A stretch of 63,384 nucleotides of DNA, counting the filler, from Octopus bimaculoides (lineage: Eukaryota), in NCBI RefSeq assembly GCF_001194135.2. It is 6 parts of 5 records of this genome, joined end to end, with 100 filler letters (N's around TTAATTAATTAA, not from the genome) between each part and the next. Parts side by side here need not be neighbours in the genome. Positions count along the whole stretch, not along the records: positions 12,198 to 42,040 come from NC_068984.1; positions 42,141 to 51,466 come from NC_068990.1; 4 more parts are not named here. One strand, given 5' to 3'. The notes under the pieces were generated by a model. That model was not told the origin of the DNA. It worked only from the letters and a program-made list of their open reading frames with translations, and did no database searches. Each line of letters begins with the position of its first letter. The stretch's first letter is position 1. Shown piece by piece: positions 36,860 through 49,973 of the stretch. Both the position numbers and the translations under genes were made by a program.

Positions 36860-37760
36860 AAAAACATCCCTTAACTATGCAGTATCTACGAACATCTATA
36901 AGAAATTTATAGATATCTTACAAAAAAATTTCTACCCTAACCATAGATATTATAAAATCTTCTCTCAACACACAATCCGTATCTCATACTCTACTCTCCC
37001 TAATATAGAATCTATTATCAATAAGTTAAATAGAAAGAACATTGAACTAGCTAGGACCCTTGAAAATAAAAATTGTCTTATTATTGATAACAATACAAAT
37101 AACTACCAAACAATTAATAACACCAATACAACCAATAATAATGCACATGTTATGAACATAATAATACTTCAACTGTTAACGTAGTTGAGGAGATAAATCT
37201 TCCTAGCTCAAACAATATCGATTGCATATCCAGTAATATAACCAGCAATATTGATATAACTAATTCAGATACTTGTATATAATATATATATATAGCTAAT
37301 AAGCCCCTTAATTGCAATTGTAGAATTAAAGCACACTGCCCGGTATCAGGCCGTTGTTTAACCCGTAATGTTGTCTATAAATGTACAGTAGCTACTCCAA
37401 CTAATAATTACATTTATGTTGGTTGCACTATCAACCTTAAACAGCGATTATACAATCATTTTTCCTCATTTAGACTTAAACATAAAGCCAATAGCACATC
37501 ATTATCTAATAAAATTTGGGAATTGAAGGAAAATGGTATCGATTTTAATCTTAAATGGAAAATCGTCAGGAGAGCGCAACCTTATAGAAATAATAGATAT
37601 GGCTGTGGACTGTGTTCTATGGAAATTTATGAAATTTTTAAACTTAAGGATAATCCTGATCTCATTAACAATAGATCTGACCTTAGGGTTCTATGTGTAC
37701 ATTATTACTCTCGCACCTTTAAATATTTTAAAAAGTAAATATTTTAAAAAGTAAATCTTG
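36860..37760 (+). mobile_element. Penelope-like element fragment: RT-EN linker and GIY-YIG endonuclease
   Basis: Hand translation STNIYKKFIDILQKNFYPNHRYYKIFSQHTIRISYSTLPNI...CNCRIKAHCPVSGRCLTRNVVYKC...YVGCTINLKQRLYNH...LSNKIWELKE...KWKI..AQPY...CGLCSME...NNRSDLRVLCVH. Confidence 0.9.
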
Positions 37761-38029
37761 CTAATAATTTATTATTCTAATTCCTCTCATTTCCCTGACT
37801 ATTAACTACTTTATTTGAGTTATAACTTTTAAATATATATTTAGAATACATTTTAACCTTTCCCAACCCACTGATAATATTCCTACATTTCTCTAGGTAA
37901 TTCTGAGTTTCTTCTATCACATTATTTTTTCAAAAACCTTAGCTTTAATTCTCTTAATTTAGTCCTGTTTTTCTAACTTTATTCCCCCCCCCCTTTTTTT
38001 CCTCCTCTTTCTTCCCCCACCTTTTCTCT

Positions 38030-38330
38030 AGTTGGGTGTACTCCAAGCGGCTGAGAATGAAGGTCCTCCACAGGAGTTGCAGGACCTCTCTTTTCCTAGT
38101 TCTGAATGTCCTCAGAATCCATCCAGCCACTCGCCTACACAGTGTTACCATCTTGGTAATATGCATATGGAATGTTGCATCATTGCTCTTGTGGATCCCC
38201 AGGTCACGAACCGACTCTGACTCTGGGATCGTATTACCTTCTGGTCCAGTGTATTCCGATTTTAGCTTGGTGTTGGACCGATAGTGCAGTGTCTGAAATT
38301 TCATAGCATTGAACTGCTTAGAGTCGTTTC
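38030..38330 (-). mobile_element. CR1/L2-group LINE RT C-terminal fragment
   Basis: QFNAMKFQTLHY...VRDLGIHKSNDATFHMHI...AGWILRTFRTR...LWRTFILSRLEY. Confidence 0.8.
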
Positions 38331-38416
38331 CCTTTTAGTTGAAAATATGCAAATAACCTCGGCCATTGTTGTTTTCTACTGTTTAGCTACTGGAAACATG
38401 GTCGGCAATAGTTTTA

Positions 38417-38449
38417 CTGATGAAGGCTATTGAGCCAGAAACACGTGTC
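38417..38449 (+). ncRNA. Minimal hammerhead ribozyme core (Penelope-type); stem I not evident
   Basis: CTGATGA-A-GGCT[ATTG]AGCC-A-GAAAC-ACGT-GTC, with palindromic stem III ACACGTGT and a GUC cleavage triplet. The flanks TTTTA and CACGA do not pair. Confidence 0.55.
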
Positions 38450-39793
38450 CACGACTGTCCTCTTATCTCCAGACTATATGCCTGATTCTTTCCTTAATGG
38501 AATGCCAGTTTTGTATAATTCTTGGATTTTGAAAGTATCTCCTCTTCTCAACTGGAGTTGATGATTATGATACATCCTCTGAGGTGCAGATAATTTTTAT
38601 AAATCAAGAATTTAGGTTGTAAGTTATTTAACATGTGTGTGTGTGAGAGAGAGAGAGAGAGCGAGAGTGTGTGTGTGCGTGTGTGTATGCATGTTTGTGT
38701 GTATGTACGTGTGTGCGTGCGTATGTGTGCAGAGAGAGAAAGAGAAGATAAAGAGGGAAAGGAGAGAAAAGGCTTTTATGAAATATCTGAATAAAAAAGA
38801 GGAAATTTAGTATTTGTTCTAAGTATATTTTTGTATAAAATTAAAATCCAAGTATTCACAAGTATCAAAGTTAGTAACCTCATATGATATATTGTGATGT
38901 ATGACTGATGAAATATTTTGTTTTATAATTTCGTCTTCTGTTTGACATTTCAATTACAGAAAAATACATCAATATTATATAGGTTTATGTAATTGTCATC
39001 AGAAAAGAGAGCTTAAACTGTGGCTTTACGTGACAAAGGACTCACGTTCAGGAAAATATCAACTCAGCCAGCTTATCTATTGGTTGCTGTTCAGAAAACT
39101 TTGAATGGATTTCACAAATAGTTGTACACAAGTCAGTTAACAGATCACGCATGCCTCGTGCCGCAACTCTTACAATTTTTCCTATGATTCATCGTCATGT
39201 GTTGCATCCGCATTTACATCTAGTAGCATGATACTAGTATAGTTGTCAGCAACAATAAACTGCAGCACTAAGACAATGAGATGTTGATTGGAGAGAGATT
39301 TCAATCTAATTGCAATACGGGTAGCGAAAAACAGAATAACACAATTATAGGAAAACATCGTGGAGTGGCTATAATTTTACAGGGATCATAAAAATTGGAC
39401 TAAAATCAGGGTTAGTGAGTAAACACCGATTAAGCACATTAGAAGTAGCTGATGTTCCTTTCGTTCGTAGCTCATAAAACTCAAGACACAATCCTAGATA
39501 TACATTTTCAAGAGTCAAGCAGTGTGAAACCATTGTTTTGCGGGGTGGGGGTTCGTTTCAGCAAACGGATGAACATGAATTTGGGTAATGATTCTAAGTG
39601 CAATCATAAACTCTAAAATCACCAAGGATACTGTGAAAAAGAAGTTGGTTTATAATCAGATGATCATCTAGAAATAGCTCAATATTCAACAAAACGCATG
39701 AAAAAAAGTATGGCTTAGCACTAATGATTTTATTCTATTGGGTAAGTGTCTAAGATGATCCCCTTAGCTGAATTTTATGCAAAATGCATAGGC

Positions 39794-39826
<33 letters not shown>

Positions 39827-41819
39827 AAGTAGAATGTTCTCTATGTGGCTCGTGTGTTCTCGTCTACGTTTGTTTGCAATGTCCTGTACCCAGATATGCA
39901 CCTATACATACAGGTGGATGTCGGTATGCACATACCTGTACGTATATATGCATATACTCATTTACTTTTGTTTTTACATGATTGAACGCAGCGTCTCACA
40001 AAAATTGTAAGTAGTTCGTAAACTTATCCTCCGACGCTACNNNNNNNNNNNNNNNNNNNNNNNNNNNNNNNNNNNNNNNNNNNNNNNNNNNNNNNNNNNN
40101 NNNNNNNNNNNNNNNNNNNNNNNNNNNNNNNNNNNNNNNNNNNNNNNNNNNNNNNNNNNNNNNNNNNNNNNNNNNNNNNNNNNNNNNNNNNNNNNNNNNN
40201 NNNNNNNNNNNNNNNNNNNNNNNNNNNNNNNNNNNNNNNNNNNNNNNNNNNNNNNNNNNNNNNNNNNNNNNNNNNNNNNNNNNNNNNNNNNNNNNNNNNN
40301 NNNNNNNNNNNNNNNNNNNNNNNNNNNNNNNNNNNNNNNNNNNNNNNNNNNNNNNNNNNNNNNNNNNNNNNNNNNNNNNNNNNNNNNNNNNNNNNNNNNN
40401 NNNNNNNNNNNNNNNNNNNNNNNNNNNNNNNNNNNNNNNNNNNNNNNNNNNNNNNNNNNNNNNNNNNNNNNNNNNNNNNNNNNNNNNNNNNNNNNNNNNN
40501 NNNNNNNNNNNNNNNNNNNNNNNNNNNNNNNNNNNNNNNNNNNNNNNNNNNNNNNNNNNNNNNNNNNNNNNNNNNNNNNNNNNNNNNNNNNNNNNNNNNN
40601 NNNNNNNNNNNNNNNNNNNNNNNNNNNNNNNNNNNNNNNNNNNNNNNNNNNNNNNNNNNNNNNNNNNNNNNNNNNNNNNNNNNNNNNNNNNNNNNNNNNN
40701 NNNNNNNNNNNNNNNNNNNNNNNNNNNNNNNNNNNNNNNNNNNNNNNNNNNNNNNNNNNNNNNNNNNNNNNNNNNNNNNNNNNNNNNNNNNNNNNNNNNN
40801 NNNNNNNNNNNNNNNNNNNNNNNNNNNNNNNNNNNNNNNNNNNNNNNNNNNNNNNNNNNNNNNNNNNNNNNNNNNNNNNNNNNNNNNNNNNNNNNNNNNN
40901 NNNNNNNNNNNNNNNNNNNNNNNNNNNNNNNNNNNNNNNNNNNNNNNNNNNNNNNNNNNNNNNNNNNNNNNNNNNNNNNNNNNNNNNNNNNNNNNNNNNN
41001 NNNNNNNATATATATATATATATAATTAGCCTGTAATAGTTCAATGATTCCTGATTTAAAAGAGAAAATCTTGTTTCGCTATCTGAGTATCAATATTTAA
41101 TGTAAATACATCGCGGAAAGCAAATTTACTGAGATATTCGTTCGGAGATAATATCTCTCATGGATGCGATGTTTTGAAAAACACAATATATATCGGAGGC
41201 AGACGAGAACCATCCTAGCAGCAGCTACTAAGAACGCTAGATGCTTTTCTGCTTTGTTGGACGTTGTCAATAGCATGTGCTCTCGGTTAAAAGTATATAT
41301 CCAGATGAAATATGTCACCAGCGATATAAGAATCTGGTGTTACGAATAGTCACCCAGCTGAATAAAAATTCGTTAAATGCATATGAAAATAAAATTGTAC
41401 GTTTGGATATAGGGGGTGATCCCACATCATTGGAAAAACTTGGTTGAATTCATGCCGAACCGCATTGCAGTTGTATTCGAGGTAGCAGGGTATCATCATA
41501 TGACATATTGAGCAGTATAAGATTATTATTTGTACTTTTGTAAACTGTTGTCGAGTTATCTATTAATTTTATTAAAAAAATACATTACTTGTTTTTCCAT
41601 TCATGTCTTCAATCACAGCATAAAACCTATTATTTGTCAGTTTTAGGATTGGGGCCAGGAATATATGTGTGTGTGTGTGTGTGTATGCGTGTGAGCATAC
41701 ACACACACATATTTATAAACATACATATATATATACATATGTATGTATATATGTGTGTGTGTGTGCATAGATGCACGAACATATATATATATGTAATATG
41801 TTTGTGTGTGTATATGTGT

Positions 41820-41878
<59 letters not shown>

Positions 41879-42889
41879 AGAGAGAGAGAGAGGAGGCAAC
41901 GCCTGGCGGTTGACATAGTAGAAATCGAAATAGGGTTATACTAGAATGTTTTCATCTGCAATGTGAAAATGAAAAACAATATTGAAACTTGAATGAGTGC
42001 TTATAACTGACTACTAATTAAAATTTCAACAGAGAAAAATNNNNNNNNNNNNNNNNNNNNNNNNNNNNNNNNNNNNNNNNNNNNTTAATTAATTAANNNN
42101 NNNNNNNNNNNNNNNNNNNNNNNNNNNNNNNNNNNNNNNNATAATAATATTAGGGAAAAAAATTCTATTCCAACCTTAGAGGCAAAAATCGGTATAATAT
42201 TATACCCGGTTTTCTAATATATATATATATATATATGTGTGTATAACTAATTTAAAGACGAACCACCACTCTACAACTCAGAACCCGTCCAAATATATGC
42301 TCTGAGGCATATACTATCTTAATATATCTAAGATTTTAATCTAAAATTTAAATTAAATAACATATTACATAAATAAATCATAGAAATATTAATCTAAAAA
42401 TTTAAAACGATAATATACAGTATGGAAGTATAAATGTAAAGAATTAGTGCTAGTACATAGACTATGTGCGTTCCATGGCTGAAATAGGACAACATAAAAT
42501 CATAAGCAAATTCTATCTAAGTACATTAGAAGCGGGAAATAATTTTACTCTCAAAATCAGTCACTCTTCTGGTCAAATCCCTAAGAAAATACCTAAAATC
42601 ATTCAAAGAATAAACATAAACATGAGAAATAAAAATATATATATATAAAGAGACAAAATCTGTAAACTAATCCCTACATTAACGGTATTAATATAATTAT
42701 TAAGAGTTACAATCTAAAAATATTATAGTAAACAAGGTTAAAACATTAAGGAATAAGTAGATAATAGTAAAAAAAAATGTGTTAGTGTACAAAATTACTA
42801 AAAGACGGATATCAATATTGTTTATAAAATTAAAATAAGAAAACATGACTTATCTGCCGGCTGGTAACTAAAAAAAACCAAAATGACTT

Positions 42890-43265
42890 CGCTATAGAAT
42901 TTATACTAAAAGGTCACGTGATAAATATGACGCCTATTACCCAGAAGTACATGCGTATTATAATTACTAAAATAATAACGAAAATATCGAAAAATAAAAT
43001 AAAAAGTCTCTTGAGGATTAAAAATACTAAAATACTTAAACTTGCAAATTAACGCAGAGTAATAACTATACACATACGAAAATTCTATATTACGTAAATA
43101 ATGCTATGAAAATTAATACTGAAAAGTCACGTGATAAACATGGCGTTCATTACCAGAGGTAAATACGTGTTATAATTACTAAAATAATAACGAAAATATC
43201 GAAAAAGAAAATCTAACTAAAATTTTAATTTATTGAAGATTAATAATACTACAATACTTAAAACT
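42890..43265. repeat. Diverged ~210-bp tandem duplication
   Basis: GTCACGTGATAAA...TATAATTACTAAAATAATAACGAAAATATCGAAAAA occurs at ~42913 and ~43125. Confidence 0.8.
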
Positions 43266-46104
43266 CTCNNNNNNNNNNNNNNNNNNNNNNNNNNNNNNNN
43301 NNNNNNNNNNNNNNNNNNNNNNNNNNNNNNNNNNNNNNNNNNNNNNNNNNNNNNNNNNNNNNNNNNNNNNNNNNNNNNNNNNNNNNNNNNNNNNNNNNNN
43401 NNNNNNNNNNNNNNNNNNNNNNNNNNNNNNNNNNNNNNNNNNNNNNNNNNNNNNNNNNNNNNNNNNNNNNNNNNNNNNNNNNNNNNNNNNNNNNNNNNNN
43501 NNNNNNNNNNNNNNNNNNNNNNNNNNNNNNNNNNNNNNNNNNNNNNNNNNNNNNNNNNNNNNNNNNNNNNNNNNNNNNNNNNNNNNNNNNNNNNNNNNNN
43601 NNNNNNNNNNNNNNNNNNNNNNNNNNNNNNNNNNNNNNNNNNNNNNNNNNNNNNNNNNNNNNNNNNNNNNNNNNNNNNNNNNNNNNNNNNNNNNNNNNNN
43701 NNNNNNNNNNNNNNNNNNNNNNNNNNNNNNNNNNNNNNNNNNNNNNNNNNNNNNNNNNNNNNNNNNNNNNNNNNNNNNNNNNNNNNNNNNNNNNNNNNNN
43801 NNNNNNNNNNNNNNNNNATATATATATATATAAATTTCTTGAGAACAATTTTTCTTAGTCGTCAAACCATATGGGGTCTACATTTAGCATATTAGGAGTC
43901 CACTTAGTGGCCATTCCTCTTATATGTATGTAATATATCTATGATGAGGTTCTTTTAGTTTCCATCTACCAAATCTACTCACAAGACTTCAGTTGGGCAG
44001 CATGTGTTTCCTTGAGTAAGGCACTTTATTTCCAATTGCTCCAGTCTGCATAGTTGTAAATAAGTACCATCTTAGCACTGTTGGAGCTTTCTCTCTCCTC
44101 CTCCGTCACATCGTTAGTAATCTTCTGCTTCAGATGTGGCAAGGCTGAGAAGGTGTCTATGTATGCTCACCACTACACAGGCAACAAAAACAATTATCAA
44201 AAGCATAGTATAACCTACAACGGAATTTCATATTCATTCACAAATGATTGGTAAGCTTTACACACACACATGTGCACACATACACACACACACACACAAT
44301 AAGTAGTTAGAAATATGAAAGCTATCTCAGCAGGAAATCATGCTAAATTCATGAGAGTGTTACAAATCAATGAAAAACAATAACCTGGGTTAGAATACAA
44401 ACACTTATAATGTCAGTGCTGTGTACGATACTAATTTGGCCAGCTGTTCACATCTGGTGATGTGTAACATGACCAGGTCCCTTCAAATGTTACAAGTTAT
44501 TGCACCAAGTCTCTTCATTTCAGATGCAGCTGATAAGTATCAAGCGAGCCATCTACCACTAGAAATCCTCTTTTTTCTTTAAGTAATAAAGTTTCCATGC
44601 TACTAGCATTAATATTGACACTAGACCTTGGAGATGCTAGAACAGAAGTAGTGCAGATGTTTGCAGTATATGTGTAGTGAGATAGAATGGAGACCCAGCT
44701 GAATTGCTGCAAATAAGAAACAGTGATACAACTTTTTCTTGACTGGAAACAGTATTGGAGAAAGCAGAGTATCTCGATTGTTGGGTAAAGTAAATAATAC
44801 TGTCAGTGTTTGTGACAGAAAAATTAACTTAGACCAGCTATGGATAACCCAGATGTACAAAAGAACCATTTCTGAGATTTTCTCCTTCAGAATACTGTTA
44901 ATAACAGACAGGAACCTCTGACTTAAACAGACAGTTTGGGCAATGCTATACTAGTCACTCTGAAGGTACATAGAGGTAATGGATATGTACAAGAAATAAA
45001 AAGTTTCTTGAAATTGTGTGACACAAATTATCAAAACATGTGCATCTCTAAGTTCAGAAAGCTAGTTTGTCACCTGACATTACCTTTCAATCTGGTGAAG
45101 ACACAAGCTAGACAGATTTCTTTCCCACTAGAAAATAGGATAAAAATCTGGCTGCAAAATATTAGTTTATTTTAGAGTAAAGAATGTTTCTCTCAGCATA
45201 TTGTTTAGTGACCTGAAGATAAGAGCTAGGACTCAGAGACACAAGATAACTTGGAACAGGAAGCTTTTAAGATGAGTGAGATGATGGGTATAACAAGAAG
45301 GCAGAAGTGATAGGAATTTATTGCTTGGAGAACAATTGAGAATTTCTATAAGATAATCCACTGTGAAGTGAGAGTAGATCTGTGGATGGAGCAAGTTTAG
45401 GAAAAAAGGAACTATTCAAATTAGTTGTGACTGAGGGACCAGTAATTAAAGTTGGCAGTGATATATTTGAAAAGAAAGTTATCAAAATATCAAGAGATTG
45501 TTGCTGAAATACTGACAATATGTAGCTAAGTAAAGTACATACTAGCTAATTGAATTATCTAACAAGTAATACGGGTAAGTGACATTCACAGTAATTGATG
45601 TAACTGTATCAAGATTAACAGCTCGGAGTCAAAGAAGATAATCCAGAAAAAAAGTAGCTACAGAGGCCTCAAATAAATAGATAAAGTTATGTAAATAACA
45701 AAAAAGAAAGAAAATATTGAAATGCAACTAATTAAGAAGAGAAGTAGCTCAATGGGTAATGCTGACATCTTGTTCTGACTAAGAACATCTTACCTTATAA
45801 GCAAGTCTCTGTACCCAGAGAAGGAACTTAAAAGGACCTCAAAAAATTTGTAAGGTGAGAGTTGCCAATGAGTTTAGTAATTAATTTAGTGTTTGTTGTA
45901 GCAGACACCCCCAGGCGAGAAGTGGGCTGGTCCACTACTAATAAATAGTAGAATGACACAGTCAGTAGAGTCAGTTGGCAAAGGTATGCCATTCGGACCA
46001 GTCCCATAGAAATGACAAAATACGTTGTCATCATGGGAGATATCAGTGGTGACAAGGGTTTGGACAATATTGCCACTGGGACATATCAGTGTTTAAAGAA
46101 GGTG

Positions 46105-46410
46105 CAATTGTGAGGTAGTGAGTTCGATTCCCAGACCAGGCTGTGTTGTGTTCTTGCGCAAGACACTTTATTTCACATTATTCTAGTTTGCTCATCTGTA
46201 GAAATGAGTTGCGATATCACTGGTGGCAAGCTGTATCGACCTTTGCCTTTCTCTTGAATAACATTGGTAGTGTAAAGAGGGGAGGCTGGTATGCACAGGT
46301 GACTGCTGGTCTTGCATAGACAACCTTGCCCAGATTTGGGCCTCGGAGAGTAATTTTCTAGGTGCAATCCCATGGTCATTCATGACCGAAGGTGGTCTTT
46401 ACCCTTACAG
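46105..46410 (+). mobile_element. tRNA-derived SINE (family C-type)
   Basis: GTGAGGTAGTGAGTTCGATTCCCAGACC...GTGTTCTTGCGCAAGACACTTTATTTCAC...GCAAGCTGTATCGACCTTTGCCTTT, homologous to 24210. Confidence 0.8.
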
Positions 46411-46759
46411 TTCTTGAGACCATTAAAGAAGAGTTCAAGACTGGTTGTCTGTAAGAACTACTGAATGCTATTCACCTACTTCCTATAGTTGAATCCGCCA
46501 CAGAATTTAGAGAAAAATTCCAAATGTAGTAACAGAGTGATTTTAAAGTAAACTTAGCAAAGATAGGGGTTGTGTTTAGCAGAAAAGAAGACAGATCCAT
46601 ATTGCCAAATGGGAAAGTGACTATACTCTTTATGCTGGAAAGAAATTCTTAGAATTGCCATATGGCATGCCTAATGTAAACTTTGATTGTGCAAAAATTA
46701 TGGTGGACTCCTAGGCATGCTGAAAGAAAAAACTTTCTATGAAAATGACTGAATTCATC

Positions 46760-47100
46760 GAAAGCTTTCTAGAAATAATTAACAGGTTCTGGTACATAAA
46801 TAACCAAATCAGTGGGCGTTCTGATAGAAGAGTAGTCATGGTAAGAATGAAATGGTTTCTGCTGCCCACAAAAAAGATTTTCTCTTTGCAGGTAGGGCAG
46901 ATTGTAAGAAGTATGCGAATGATATTGCTTGGTGTAGAATATATGGATTCAATGTGGGAGATGTTTGAAGGCTGGAAAGAAATGAGGTGAGCATACTCTG
47001 TTGGATATGCAATGTAAGATTGAAAAATCACAAGACAGAATTGGACTGAGAGAAGAAAATTAATGTGATTATGAGATAATGATATAATGAAGGAAATTGT
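46760..47100 (+). mobile_element. Old RTE LINE fragment (same family as 10544-11745)
   Basis: Frameshifted match to KGFSLQVxGRLY...RLERNEVSILCWICNV (TTTTCTCTTTGCAGGTAGGGCAGATTGTA...GGCTGGAAAGAAATGAGGTGAGCATACTCTGTTGGATATGCAATGT). Confidence 0.6.
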
Positions 47101-47109
47101 TGTATTCAA

Positions 47110-47690
47110 TGCTCAGGTGTACAAAAACATATAATAAATAGGCCATCAGGTGTACTCTTGGGGGATTTCAGGAAGCATGTAAGCTTTGAAGGATGCAGTG
47201 TCTCGACAGCTAACAACTGATGTGGGGAGTTTATTCCATGCTTCAGTAATTCTGAGCATGCAAAAAATGTTTCTGAAAGTCATGGGTGCTGTGTTGTTTT
47301 TTGATTTTATAAGCATGTCCGCGAGTGTTTGTCATTTAGAATTCAAAGAGGTGCCCAAGGTTGTCGCTGGNNNNNNNNNNGCATGTCTGCGAGTGTTTGT
47401 CATTTAGAATTCAAAGAGGTGCCCAAGGTTGTCGCTGGAAAGATGGTGGATAATCTTGTGGGTGTCTACCAAGTCAGTTGCCAGATGTCTGAGTTTCAAT
47501 GTATCCATGCCCAGGGAAGCAAGACGTTCAGAGTATGGTAGATGTCTGACAGCGGGTATTCGTTTTGTTGCACATTTCTGAACAGTTTTCAGGAGATTTA
47601 TATGCTGAGCATGAAAGAAAGAACATGTATGTAGAAGAGAAGCTTGTACTGGTTTAGTCATACGACATGTACAAAGGATGATGGTTAAGT
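47110..47690 (-). mobile_element. CR1-clade LINE 3' end
   Basis: LLKTVQKCATKRIPAVRHLPYSERLASLGMDTLKLRHLATDLVDTHKII...TRGHAYKIKKQH, followed by the CR1-type C-terminal region. Confidence 0.85.
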
Positions 47691-47989
47691 AAAGAAACAC
47701 CTAGCAATCAAAATAGATGGTAGTTATTGAAAAGGATGTTTGTGGTAGTCACAGGAAGAGACACTGAAGTTTGGTCTCAGGATGTAGATATTCTTGAAGT
47801 TGTTGGTAAAAAAATAGCAACCAGTGGTGAGATGCTGCATAGAAGAAAACATCTCCAGCATGTATATGCATAATATTCATAGAAACATAAATCTGAGGTG
47901 ATAACATTATATATGTGTGGTGTATATTATGCATATAGATACATATATGATGTAGTTCACATATATCAAAAAAGTATGTGTGTACGTGT

Positions 47990-48028
47990 GCATGCACTTA
48001 TCTATCTATCTATCTACCTACCTACCTA

Positions 48029-48066
<38 letters not shown>

Positions 48067-48140
48067 TAGATATATATATATATATAGATAGATATAGATA
48101 GGTAGATAGATAGATAGATAGATAAGTGCATGCACATCTT

Positions 48141-48184
<44 letters not shown>

Positions 48185-48345
48185 AAGAGAAATAAATAGA
48201 TAGATAATCGTAAAGTTAAATTCTATCTATCTATATATGTATGTATATATACATATATCTATCTATCTATCTATCTATATATATATATATATATGCAGAG
48301 AGAGAGAGGGGGGGATAACTTGATAGATAGATAGATAGACATAAA
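47990..48345. repeat. Compound (ATCT)n/(TA)n/(AG)n/(GATA)n microsatellite block
   Basis: Directly visible. Confidence 0.95.
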
Positions 48346-49429
48346 GTTAAATTCTGATCAATTGTGTCATAAAAAGTTATAAAATATTTATAGAAGCTGC
48401 GTGCTTCAGTGTCTCCTTTTCTGTCATCCTATATTCATGAACTATGTGTTTGTGTAAAAGGACATATTAAATATGCATGGCACTTAACACCAGAGACCCT
48501 CATTTTGGAAACATTAGCTTTGTAGAATATTTTCCTCATCACAAGAAAAATAAAATATATTTAGTTATTTTATTATCAGTGAATTTCTCTTATCTCATCA
48601 CTTTTTCACTTTTTTGTTAATATTTTGTTTATTTTTGTAAAATGACACATATTAATATGTGTCATCTGTGAATATCTCTGTATGTATATTTCTCACTGGA
48701 AAATCCAAATGCGCGCCTGTGTATGTGTGTGTGTGTGTGTTTGTGTGTATGTGCGCACACACGTGCATGTCTGTATAGATAGATAGATATCATTCATTCA
48801 TACATACACATAGATATACATATATACACACACATATAAATATATGCATATGAGATATGTATATATATACATTATACATATATCTATATATCTAGATCTA
48901 GACCGCACTCTCTCTCCCTCTATCAATCTATCTACACACATACACACACACTCACGCACATATACACAATATACACACGTGTGTGTGTGTGTGTATGTGT
49001 GTACTTATATATGCATATGTGTGTGTTCTACTTCTATAGAAAGCAATTTTGAACATCCTCAGATGAAACAATAAAGTGTCATTTCATAGAAACAGAAGCA
49101 GTCTCTATTTCTATTTTACAGAAACTGTCTCTATTTCTGTAGAGCATAAAAGTTAAGACTGCAACGAATCACTGTTGCTACTGAGACACCAGACAAATGT
49201 AGCTCTTATGCGTCTCCAGTATACACATACATATAAATTCAAATATCCACAATATATTTGCTAACTTCATTACAATTACTATATATATATTACACATGCA
49301 CACTCGACACTCAAGCGATTAAAACATGTGCCAAAACAAAATGATGATGAAACCCATGACATACGAGTATCTGGTATACCCTGTAGTTGCAAGGATGTTC
49401 TGGACGAATTGACTTGGCATATCTCCATG

Positions 49430-49600
49430 CACTAGCATATCTAGAGTGTGTGCCACCCAGTGTGGCCCTTCTGTTTGCCACCCCTGGACCCCACAAAAAT
49501 CATTGTCTACAACAGACCCTAAAGTGCCAACCCTTTAAAAGCACCGCTCAGAGTGGACCACTCCTACCACTCGCCCACCCTACCCCCAGCGACGCTAGTG
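49430..49600. mobile_element. 171-bp MITE with 8-bp TSD (hAT-type)
   Basis: TSD TCTCCATG at 49422-49429 and 49601-49608. TIR CACTAGC(A/G)T...ACGCTAGTG. Confidence 0.85.
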
Positions 49601-49744
49601 TCTCCATGGCATGCCCATGAGTGAAGGCTATACCATGGAGATAAGCAGTAGTTATTTCTATGTAGTGGTAAGAAATAGCAACCAAATTTTAATCTATTCA
49701 AACCCTACTATCATGAAGTAAGCGAAAGGCCATATTCGATAATA

Positions 49745-49973
49745 CCGGGTTGTCCGGAAAGTTCGTGCCAATTTACAGTAGCTTACCTTTCGACTTATTT
49801 GCCATGAAACAACCTCAATTCTGGGAAGAGGGTATTTTCAAGTTAAAGGAAAGATGGAGACGCATTGTGCAAAATAAATGGTTCATATTTGGTTGATTAA
49901 AAATGCAATGGCAAGTATTTATTGACCTTTTTCTTTCCTTTAAAAATCGGCACAAACTTTCCAGACAACCCAA
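49745..49973 (+). mobile_element. Internally deleted mariner element
   Basis: 30-bp TIRs CCGGGTTGTCCGGAAAGTTCGTGCCAATTT and, reverse-complemented, TTGGGTTGTCTGGAAAGTTTGTGCCGATTT, with TA on both sides. The interior encodes the mariner C-terminus FWEEGIFKLKERWRRIVQN. Confidence 0.9.

Noticed and set aside
38500-39800. Host promoter or exons (several ATTGG/CCAAT-like boxes)
   Set aside because: No ORF, splice pattern or homology is recognisable, and the motifs are expected by chance.
44480-45900. Possible ancient CR1/L2 endonuclease-RT remnant on the minus strand
   Set aside because: Only vague motif echoes are present, and I could not read a diagnostic motif, so it was not annotated.
47313-47438. 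58-bp duplication around a 10-N gap in the CR1 fragment
   Set aside because: The same artefact. The single mismatch suggests two haplotypes.
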